Of a DNA stretch of 64,000 nt, positions 57,901-64,000 are shown piece after piece (the first letter of the stretch is position 1; every line of letters begins with the position of its first letter). The notes beneath the pieces are model-generated. The model searched no databases, was not told the DNA's origin, and saw only the letters and a program-made list of their open reading frames with translations. Source of the DNA: a virus; the IMG/VR virus record IMGVR_UViG_3300042691_040117, positions 6,921-70,920 of that record; one strand, 5' to 3'. The position numbers and the translations under genes were made by a program.

Positions 57901-59611
57901 TATTTCCAAGAGCCCCAGAAATTCCACTACCCCAAGTCCATAGAGTTCCATCAGTCTTAACCGCTGCTGTATGATTTACATTACTGGAAACTTGTTTCCA
58001 GTCGGTTCCTCCAGCAAATGTTGTGACTGGAGTGGATCTATTACCTAATATAGTTGCATTCCCAAGTCGACCAGCAGTTCCAAAACCCCACATCCATAGG
58101 GTTCCATCAGTTTTGACTGCTGACATATTACTACCCGCACCACTGGTACTTACGTGTTTCCAGTCGGTTCCTCCAGCAAAAGTAGTGACTGGAGTGGATA
58201 TACTCCCTGTTGTTACGCCATTTCCAAGTAACCCGGTTGCTGCAGTACCCCAAGTCCATAAGGTTCCATCAGTTTTGATTGCTGCCGTATAATCTCCTCC
58301 AGAACTTACTTGTTTCCAATTAGTTCCTCCAGAAAATGTAGTTATTGGAGTAGATATAGTACCTAATACAGATTTATTTCCAAGTCGTCCAAAAGTTCCA
58401 AGACCCCAAGTCCATAGAGTTCCATCGGTCTTGATTGCTGCAGAAAAACTTGTCCCTCCGCTCAAGGTATAAAGGTCTTCGGCATTTGTTGTAGGAGTAT
58501 CTGCCCAGTTATTTCCTCCGGCAAATGTAGTTATTGGAGTTGAAATATAATTTGTCGGAAATCCAAGTTGCCCACTATTATTTTGACCCCAAGCCCATAA
58601 TGTCCCATCGGTTTTGATTGCTGTTGTATAAAATTCTGTAGAATGTGAATTAGAAGAGACTTGTCTCCAGTTAGTTCCTCCGGCAAAGGTAGTTGATGGA
58701 GTACTGCCAGGAGATGATAATACCAATTCTACCTTATTATTTCCCAACTGACCAGTAGTATTATTTCCCCAGGTCCATAGAGTTCCGTCAGTTTTAATTG
58801 CAGCAGCATGAAAGCGACTTCCGGTGATTGTATAAAGATTTTCCTCTTCAGGACTAGGTACACTAGGTACATTTAACCAATTAGTTCCTCCGGAAAATGT
58901 AGTTATTGGAGTTGAAATAGTATGAATAATTTTTTCATGACCAAGAATTGCTTTATCAGATACCTCTCCAAATCCTGTAGGTCCCCATGTCCACAGAGTT
59001 CCATCAGTCTTAATTGCTGCAGTACCATATCTTGCCGCAGAAACTTGTCTCCAGTTTGTTCCTCCAACAAAAGTGGTAACTGGAGTAGATATATTAGTAA
59101 CAACGGTGTTATTGGGATCAGTATTAGATCCTATCCCATTACCAAGAAGGTAAACAGAACCCCAAACCCATAGAGTTCCATCGGTTTTGATTGCTGTAGC
59201 ATGATCCTTTCCACATGCAACAGATTTCCAGTTAGTTCCTCCGGTAAAGGTTGTGACTGGAGTGGATCTTGAAGTTATGTCTGCATTTCCAAGTTGTCCA
59301 GTATTTCCAACACCCCAAACCCATAAAGTTCCATCTGTCTTGATTGCTGCCGTATAAAAATCTCCAGAACTGACTTGTTTCCATCTAAATCCTCCAGCAA
59401 ATGTAGTGACTGGAGTACTTCTTGCTAAAGTATCAGCGGTTCCAAGAATAAAATTAGGTCCATTAACACCCCAACCCCACAATTCTGGACTAATTCCAAG
59501 ATTTTCTGCAATACCTGGATAAACACTAATCAAATAATCCTTGGTAATTAATTTAGACCCTAAATCAACACCATTATTATCTTTAAAATTAGTTTGAATA
59601 TTATCTGGCAT
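51932..59611 (-). CDS. Giant RCC1-repeat protein (2559 aa; 6 nested propellers plus one non-RCC1 insert)
   Basis: 42 RCC1 blades counted from the translation. Confidence 0.9.
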   Translation of the reverse strand: MPDNIQTNFKDNNGVDLGSKLITKDYLISVYPGIAENLGISPELWGWGVNGPNFILGTADTLARSTPVTTFAGGFRWKQVSSGDFYTAAIKTDGTLWVWGVGNTGQLGNADITSRSTPVTTFTGGTNWKSVACGKDHATAIKTDGTLWVWGSVYLLGNGIGSNTDPNNTVVTNISTPVTTFVGGTNWRQVSAARYGTAAIKTDGTLWTWGPTGFGEVSDKAILGHEKIIHTISTPITTFSGGTNWLNVPSVPSPEEENLYTITGSRFHAAAIKTDGTLWTWGNNTTGQLGNNKVELVLSSPGSTPSTTFAGGTNWRQVSSNSHSTEFYTTAIKTDGTLWAWGQNNSGQLGFPTNYISTPITTFAGGNNWADTPTTNAEDLYTLSGGTSFSAAIKTDGTLWTWGLGTFGRLGNKSVLGTISTPITTFSGGTNWKQVSSGGDYTAAIKTDGTLWTWGTAATGLLGNGVTTGSISTPVTTFAGGTDWKHVSTSGAGSNMSAVKTDGTLWMWGFGTAGRLGNATILGNRSTPVTTFAGGTDWKQVSSNVNHTAAVKTDGTLWTWGSGISGALGNTVITGSISTPVTTFAGGTDWKQVSSGSGLTAAVKTDGTLWIWGSGGSGALGNAVTTGSISTPITTFTGGTNWRQVSSGGSHTAAVKTDGTLWTWGTGASGRLGNAIATGNISTPITTFVGGTNWKQASAGASHTLALRDDGVNRQVWLFGDNSSTQLGNFITTIVAPTKVSNDTNWKQISAGSLFTGAIKTDGTLWTWGNNTAGELGNAGISLSNRSTPVTTFAGGTDWKQISCGCNKFVSAIKTDGTLWTWGNPSYGVLGINSIFGVRSTPVTTFAGGTNWRQVSSGGYHTAAIKTDGTLWVWGNNLTGKLGNGTNFNTAITPITTFAGGTNWKQVAAGSRHTAAIKTDGTLWTWGFNGYGELGSGIFQGYGQASVSTPITTFAGGTNWSQVFCPQYTLSSSFDSNASEYTIAMKTDGTLWTWGRNATSELGMFNNLYVPVLQSDATNWKQVSMGDIHASAVKTDGTLWTWGSNRNKALGDPNISSGYNTYGYIAVDPRARFTPITTVVGGTNWKQVSVGYNHTSAVKTDGTLWMWGNNNYGQLGRALDGIGKQFRGNIDFPLEVNPRENWNDTQIINLEDLYTISVQDTNFNGDSNSFAAIKKNGTLWTWGGGNYGQLGNALRLEAQANTPATTFAGGTNWKQISTSYATSAAVKTDGTLWVWGKNYHGELGINSLGTRSTPVTTFAGGTNWKQVSVGYGVMGAVKTDGTLWTWGNSDSLNGTLGRYSINYFDAIVSTPITTFAGGNNWADTPTTNAEDLYTLSAGGSFGSYYSGPNSVAIKTDGTLWTWGYSYAKIHPLLRYINKNYNQLGVDGICDENGRLPGTLSFNSDPYTGKRITTTSGSGTVTPIANNLLGPASLTIDETLQPPYGGYDDGFWVLELPFNISFNGKTYRRVCPTTNHFITFGEGHQGLSLSVGNPSLPKIMITATDGSVHRLCYGPEGTAPNRTYRIRCEGTYMISDDLDNPNMVYEITFYENVPNQIDIQIGENQNKILDVGSEETANYISIPTTTFAGGINWKQVSAGDSHTAAIKTDGTLWVWGDTYYGKLGNAPSVRSGGTGGRTLYFKSTPITTFAGGTNWKQVSAGNNHTAAIKTDGTLWTWGNSRSGQLGNAVLLTFGYEISTPITTFAGGTDWKQVTCGKDNTAAIKTDGTLWGWGTANFGRLGTNDTGASPIRSTPVTTFAGGTDWKQVSSGYNCMAAVKTDGTLWLWGQTNEGQLGTGEIFSPTLQSYKLTPITTFAGGTNWKQVSVGDRHVGAVKTDGTLWVWGNGIKGQLGNTNTISNVSTPVTTFAGGINWKQVSAGGSHTLALRDDGVNKQLYVFGSGSLGVQLGNNHTPATTFAGGINWKQVYMDSGGSAIKTDGTLWTWGSNARGQLGTGDRTNRSTPVTTFAGGTNWKYTEVGIALKTDGTLWTWGRQTSVDLARSYLDYRPTPVTTFAGGNNWADTPTTNPEDLYTIAASSNMCSAIKTDGTLWVWGNGQFGLGTAATSNTIPGISTPVTTFAGGTNWKQVSGAIGNLDYMTAIKTDGTLWTWGSNNAGQLGTNDNNVTSKSTPVTTFAGGTDWKQVSSGNQHTAAIKTDGTLWTWGSAYNGRLGNFASFGFRSTPVTTFAGGINWKQVSAGGAHTVAIKTDGTLWTWGTGIGGRLGNAITSNTSVISPVTTFAGGTDWRQVSAGYDYTAAIKTDGTLWTWGRNQVYGSIQGKLGTNDTTDRSTPVTTFAGGTNWKQVSASRGHTAAVKTDGTLWTWGTGTSGQLGTNDTTTRSTPVTTFAGGTNWKQVDGGTNHTVALKDDGVNKQLWLFGSNANTQLGLFIDERNIPLTTFAGGTDWKSINYKSAIKTDGTLWSWGNPISIPTTTFAGNNWSQTKIINSSSIALKTDGTLWIWGFSETAYSKIMIYENAIPKTTFVGGTNWKQVSNGYDYTAAIKTDGTLWTWGYGGPELGLNDIFSTRYTPVTTFAGGTNWKQVMVSESGNTLALKSEEF

Positions 59612-59621
59612 AATAATTTCT

Positions 59622-60368
59622 TTAATTAGTGGGCAAATCTAAATTAGGATCTACTATATTTTCTATTTGATTTTTATTTCTAGGTCCTCTTCTTACCGAT
59701 CCTTCTTCTCTTGTATTTCTTATATTTCGTTCTTCAATTAAAACAACATTATAAACATCATCAATTGTTTGGCAAGCATCAATTTCATTCAATTTTGATA
59801 ATTCCCAGTCATATGCTTGCTGAACTACAGTATCTATTTGAGTAATAATATAGTCAAGATCCTCTGGAGTAATTGAAACCCAGGTGTTTTTAAATTTATA
59901 ATTACAAGATCCGGAAAATGATGAACGTTTTGCCGATAATAAAATTCTCTCTTCTCTTGAGGTTGTAACTTCTATATAACTTCCACCAACAAAAATTCCA
60001 GTAGAGGTATTTTCTTTTTGTTTTCTTATAGGAGCAACTTCTTTTTTGCGAAGTTCCTTAACTTCTTCCAGAGTTTTATCTACAATATTATATGTTAATT
60101 TAACATTGACTGGAACATCATTTTCCTTTATGATTTCCCATGTATAACCCTCAATATTATGATATTTCAAATCATGCGATGGAATATCTTTTTCTAATGG
60201 AAGAAGATGCGTAAGACCATCTGAAAAATGGATCGGAAGATCTATGAAACTTTGCGGAGATATGCGATCTTCAAGTTCAAGATCTTCCAATTCACCATTA
60301 ATCATACGGACATTAAATCCCATAGGACCAAGTATTAGTGAATTATCATGAACTAGTGCTATTTCCAT
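59622..60368 (-). CDS. DUF4376-like tail-fibre-associated protein
   Basis: KTLEEVKELRKKEVA..R..KE..G....T..E......YKF...W.......I...I...VQQAYDWE....EIDAC. Confidence 0.65.
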   Translation of the reverse strand: MEIALVHDNSLILGPMGFNVRMINGELEDLELEDRISPQSFIDLPIHFSDGLTHLLPLEKDIPSHDLKYHNIEGYTWEIIKENDVPVNVKLTYNIVDKTLEEVKELRKKEVAPIRKQKENTSTGIFVGGSYIEVTTSREERILLSAKRSSFSGSCNYKFKNTWVSITPEDLDYIITQIDTVVQQAYDWELSKLNEIDACQTIDDVYNVVLIEERNIRNTREEGSVRRGPRNKNQIENIVDPNLDLPTN

Positions 60369-60383
60369 ATATATTTTTTTAAT

Positions 60384-60391
60384 TATTTATG
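60384..60391 (-). promoter_or_regulatory. Late promoter (CATAAATA)
   Basis: Upstream of the DUF4376-like gene; similar AATAAATA motifs at 51910-51917 and 37298-37305 in the glycan island. Confidence 0.55.
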
Positions 60392-62753
60392 AGAGTGGGT
60401 AGTCGGCATTGATACCAGATTGTACTGCTAAAGTATGATAACCAGCAGCTCTTACTTGTTTCCAATTAGTTCCCCCAGCAAATGTAGTGACCGGAGTTGA
60501 TCTTGTTAAAGCATCACCATTTCCAAGTTGTCCAGAAAAATTTTCACCCCACATCCACAAAGTTCCATCGGTCTTGATTGCCGATACATGCTCATTTCCA
60601 ATATCAACATATTTCCAATTTGTTCCTCCGGCAAAGGTTGTAATTGGAGTACTGACATATGTAAAAGAATTTACAAAATTTGCCAACATTCCTGCATTTT
60701 GACTGCCCCAGGTCCATAAAGTTCCATCGGTCTTGATTGCTGCCATGCACAAATAATTATCAAAATAACCTCCAACACTAACTTGTTTCCAATTGGTTCC
60801 TCCGGCAAATGTGGTGATTGGAGTATTTCGATTAATGGAATCACCGACTCCAATATTTCCAGCATAATTATATCCCCAAGTCCATAAGGTTCCATCGGTC
60901 TTGATTGCTGCATTATTATGATATCCAGAACTAACTTCTTTCCAATCGTTAGCATTTCCAAAAACTTGTCCTGGAGCATAATTGGTTTGTATATTAAACC
61001 CATCTCCCATTTGCCCATCACGAGCGGATCCAAATGAGAAAATTTGCAGATTTGGTGAAGTTCCTTTTAGTGCAATAACATGCCTGAAACCACCGCTCAC
61101 TTGTTTCCAATCAGTGCCTCCAGTAAAGGTGGTAACTGGGGTTGATGCAATACCATCAACTGCATTTCCAAGTTCTCCATCAGTTCCACGACCCCAAGTC
61201 CATAGAGTTCCATCAGTCTTGACTGCAACAGTCGTATTTCTTCCATTTGCGACTTGTTTCCAATTGGTTCCTCCTGCAAAAGTGGTGATTGGGGTTGATA
61301 CAGCACCAACATAACCTACTCCATTCCCAAGTGCCCCAGAAAGTCCAAAACCCCAAGTCCATAGGGTTCCATCGGTTTTGATTGCCGTAGATGTTCCGGT
61401 ATTTCCACCTTCACCCACTTGTTTCCAATTAGTTCCTCCGGCAAATGTGGTGACTGGAGTAGATCTAATACCACCTGGTCCAGTTGCATTTCCAAGTTGC
61501 CCATAACTTGTACTGCCCCAAGTCCATAGGGTTCCATCGGTTTTGATTGCCAACGTAGCACTAAATATTGCTGCAGAGTGTTTCCAGTTTATTCCTCCGG
61601 CAAATGTTGTGACTGGTGTAGATGTATTAGTTGTTACTGCGTTTCCAAGTCGCCCAGAAGTTCCAGCACCCCAAGTCCATAGGGTTCCATCAGTCTTAAT
61701 TGCTACAGTATGAGAACTTGAAACACTCACCTGTTTCCAGTTTGCTCCTCCTGCAAATGTGGTGACTGGAGTAGATATAATACCTGTGATTATTGCATTT
61801 CCAAGTATTCCAAATCTCCCATTCCCCCAAACCCATAAAGTTCCATCAGTTTTAATGCCTGCACATGAGGAATCAAAATTTCCTCCAGAACTTACTTGTC
61901 TCCAGTTAGTCCCTCCGGCAAAAGTGGTGACTGGAGTGGACCTGTTGATTGTTTGAGCATTTCCAAGTTGTCCACTATTCCCATTACCCCAAGTCCACAA
62001 GGTTCCATCGGTCTTGATTGCTGAAGAAAAAGAATATCCTGCAGATATTGTATATAAATCTTCTGAATTTGTTGTTGCAGTGTCTGCCCAACCTGTTGTG
62101 GTAATAGGAACAGGTTTAGTTTTATTTACTGAATAATCATCACCTTTACCCAACATTCCAAAATCATTAAAATAATCACCCCAAGTCCACAAGGTTCCAT
62201 CAGTCTTGATTGCCGACGCATGATAATATCCAACACTTACTTGTTTCCAGTTGGTTCCTCCTGCGAGTGTAGTAACAGGAGTGGATACAAAAGAAATTGT
62301 ATTATTTCCTATTCCAAGTTGCCCTCTACCATTATACCCCCAAGTCCATAAAGTTCCATCAGTCTTGATTGCGGCAGCAAAAAGTCCTTTCATCTCTATT
62401 TGCTTCCAGTTAGTTCCTCCAGCAAAAGTAGTGATTGGAGTGGAATTATTGAGTATGTTTGAATTGTTTCCGAGTCTTCCAGCATCACCATTTCCCCAAA
62501 CCCATAAAGTTCCATCAAGTTTTATTCCAGCACTTTGTCTTTGTCCGCCATCCACTTGTTTCCAATTGGTTCCTCCAGAACTAGTTGTAACTGGTGTGGG
62601 ATTGTAAGAATTAATACTAGCATTTCCAAGATAACCGCGAGCTCCCTCACCCCATGACCACAATTGATCTCCAATATACTGATCAATTAACCAGTACTCA
62701 TCTACAAAATAATTTTCAAGGTCTCCTTCTGGTGAAAAAAACTGATTAGGCAT
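60387..62753 (-). CDS. RCC1-repeat beta-propeller protein (788 aa; 2 propellers, one nested)
   Basis: 14 blades counted; same repeat consensus as the other two. Confidence 0.9.
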   Translation of the reverse strand: MPNQFFSPEGDLENYFVDEYWLIDQYIGDQLWSWGEGARGYLGNASINSYNPTPVTTSSGGTNWKQVDGGQRQSAGIKLDGTLWVWGNGDAGRLGNNSNILNNSTPITTFAGGTNWKQIEMKGLFAAAIKTDGTLWTWGYNGRGQLGIGNNTISFVSTPVTTLAGGTNWKQVSVGYYHASAIKTDGTLWTWGDYFNDFGMLGKGDDYSVNKTKPVPITTTGWADTATTNSEDLYTISAGYSFSSAIKTDGTLWTWGNGNSGQLGNAQTINRSTPVTTFAGGTNWRQVSSGGNFDSSCAGIKTDGTLWVWGNGRFGILGNAIITGIISTPVTTFAGGANWKQVSVSSSHTVAIKTDGTLWTWGAGTSGRLGNAVTTNTSTPVTTFAGGINWKHSAAIFSATLAIKTDGTLWTWGSTSYGQLGNATGPGGIRSTPVTTFAGGTNWKQVGEGGNTGTSTAIKTDGTLWTWGFGLSGALGNGVGYVGAVSTPITTFAGGTNWKQVANGRNTTVAVKTDGTLWTWGRGTDGELGNAVDGIASTPVTTFTGGTDWKQVSGGFRHVIALKGTSPNLQIFSFGSARDGQMGDGFNIQTNYAPGQVFGNANDWKEVSSGYHNNAAIKTDGTLWTWGYNYAGNIGVGDSINRNTPITTFAGGTNWKQVSVGGYFDNYLCMAAIKTDGTLWTWGSQNAGMLANFVNSFTYVSTPITTFAGGTNWKYVDIGNEHVSAIKTDGTLWMWGENFSGQLGNGDALTRSTPVTTFAGGTNWKQVRAAGYHTLAVQSGINADYPLS

Positions 62754-64000
62754 TCAATTTTCTCTCCAATTCTTCAATATGTATTTGCTGTTCTTTAATT
62801 GCTTCTATTAATACACCAACAATATTTCCATATGAGACTGTCTTCAATCCTTGATCATTCGTAGTTACAACTTCTGGAAGAACTCTTTCTACTTCTTGTG
62901 CGATCACACCAACTGAAGATTGACTATGCTCATCTTTCCAATCGTATTTAACACCGTTCATTTGTTTTACAAGATCAAGAGCATTTTCAATTGGTCTTAT
63001 ATTAGTCTTTTGAGTTTCATCAGATAGTGATGTGAATACTGTTGCTGATAAAGTTCCGGTAGAAGCATTAAATTGAAGTTTTGTATTAGAAACATATGCA
63101 GTGGTATAAGTACCGGTAGTAGCACTAGATAAAGTTGGATACCAGGTTGCATTTGTTGTCGTATCGTTTTGAAGCGTTGCACCACCACTAAAGTTTACCC
63201 AACTCACGCCAGCACCAGTAGAGATTAAAACACTACCGGCGACACCAACATTATTGAAGAAATCATAAAGACCATTCCTCAATCTTATATTACCAACAAT
63301 ATCAAGTTTTTGAGTTGGATTTGTAGTTCCTACTCCAATGTTTCCACCAAAAGGACCAAGTTCAATAGTCCCATTAGCATCGACATCAATAGCAGGAATT
63401 CCAGAAACATCATTAACACTGAAAATACTTCCGGAAGTAAGATTATTTGTAATACTGAATAACTGTCCAGCAGAACCTTCCCAGGATAAAGTACCGGAAT
63501 TTAAAGTATCGTAAGGAACAATATCAATTATTGTACCAATTCCAAGTGCTCCAGTCGAAGGATTGAATTGAAGTTTTGTAGAAGAAACATGTGCTGTTTT
63601 GGCAATTCCAGATGTTACGGAAAGAATGCCAACAGACCAAGTTTGATTTGTAGTTATATCATTAAAGACTGTTAATCCGCCATCGGAAGATCCTTGAAGT
63701 CCTTGAGTGCCTTGAGATCCAACTCCCTGAAGTCCTTGAAGTCCTTGAGGACCTTGAAGACCCTGACGACCTTGAGTGCCTTGAGATCCAACTCCTTGAA
63801 GACCTTGAAGTCCTTGAGCACCTTGATCACCCTTAAGACCTTGAGTACCTTGAGATCCAACTCCTTGAAGACCTTGAAGTCCTTGAGGACCTTGAGGACC
63901 TTGAAGTCCTTGAGTACCTTGAGATCCAACTCCCTGAAGTCCTTGAAGACCTTGAGCACTTTGAACACCTTGAGTACCTTGTGTCGTACCGGCAATACCT
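62746..64000 (-). CDS. Tail fibre C-terminal part with collagen-like repeats and an S74 intramolecular chaperone (starts beyond the right edge)
   Basis: Frame open from 63999 ([23 protein letters not shown]...); [16 protein letters not shown]; [51 protein letters not shown]. Confidence 0.9.
   Translation of the reverse strand, partial: GIAGTTQGTQGVQSAQGLQGLQGVGSQGTQGLQGPQGPQGLQGLQGVGSQGTQGLKGDQGAQGLQGLQGVGSQGTQGRQGLQGPQGLQGLQGVGSQGTQGLQGSSDGGLTVFNDITTNQTWSVGILSVTSGIAKTAHVSSTKLQFNPSTGALGIGTIIDIVPYDTLNSGTLSWEGSAGQLFSITNNLTSGSIFSVNDVSGIPAIDVDANGTIELGPFGGNIGVGTTNPTQKLDIVGNIRLRNGLYDFFNNVGVAGSVLISTGAGVSWVNFSGGATLQNDTTTNATWYPTLSSATTGTYTTAYVSNTKLQFNASTGTLSATVFTSLSDETQKTNIRPIENALDLVKQMNGVKYDWKDEHSQSSVGVIAQEVERVLPEVVTTNDQGLKTVSYGNIVGVLIEAIKEQQIHIEELERKLNA
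63690..63985 (-). repeat. Collagen-like Gly-X-Gln repeat (9-bp periodic ccttgaaga/ccttgagt units)
   Basis: Visible tandem repeat with recurring GVGSQG interruptions. Confidence 0.9.

Noticed and set aside
45291-62607. Many short antisense and alternate-frame ORFs with repeated motifs (e.g. [14 protein letters not shown])
   Set aside because: They are shadows of the RCC1 repeat codons, with no independent start signals seen.
44067-62753. Repeat-spacer-like DNA periodicity resembling a CRISPR array
   Set aside because: The repeats are in-frame coding, vary at third codon positions, have a ~150-165 bp period and have no cas genes nearby.
44067-62753. Diversity-generating retroelement acting on the RCC1 genes
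   Set aside because: No reverse transcriptase or non-coding template repeat is in the window, and differences include indels and are not visibly adenine-specific. A DGR elsewhere in the genome cannot be excluded.
63672-63995. Basic KVLKDFK-repeat ORF
   Set aside because: Alternate-frame reading of the collagen Gly-X-Gln repeat of the tail fibre.
1-64000. Alternative genetic code or stop-codon reassignment
   Set aside because: Core genes are full length under the standard code and terminate at TAA, TAG and TGA; no suppressor tRNA is present.

Overview
A 64-kb segment of an AT-rich T4-like cyanomyovirus (Kyanoviridae-like), almost entirely on the minus strand. Left to right: (1) the 5' end of a large virion protein, four tRNAs (Leu-TAA, CAT, Ser-GCT, Ile-TAT) and small early genes behind consensus sigma70 promoters; (2) a baseplate/tail module: split gp5, gp27-like hub, an M23+RlpA lysin-bearing hub protein, gp51, gp26, gp54-like, and a plus-strand island with gp4, gp2, gp48, gp53; (3) core replication and transcription genes: gp32, gp59, gp33, exonuclease, phoH, thyX, glutaredoxin; (4) a tandem glnA-type glutamine riboswitch in front of two micropeptides; (5) a ~25-kb glycan-modification island of glycosyl-, methyl- and sulfotransferases, a HAD/nucleotidyltransferase and 2OG-Fe(II) oxygenases; (6) three RCC1-repeat proteins, interleaved with the right end of that island and lying downstream of a collagen/S74 tail fibre. 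The strongest signal came from counting the RCC1 repeats by hand. They resolve into 7-blade propeller cassettes, each opened by a dedicated linker (W-ADTPTTN-x-EDLYT) and most closed by a distinctive last blade (e.g. ALRDDGVNxQ). The cassettes are inserted inside one another, giving a branched 'matryoshka' tree: 6 propellers in the 2559-aa protein, 11 across the three proteins. All calls come from reading the sequence; no database searches were run.
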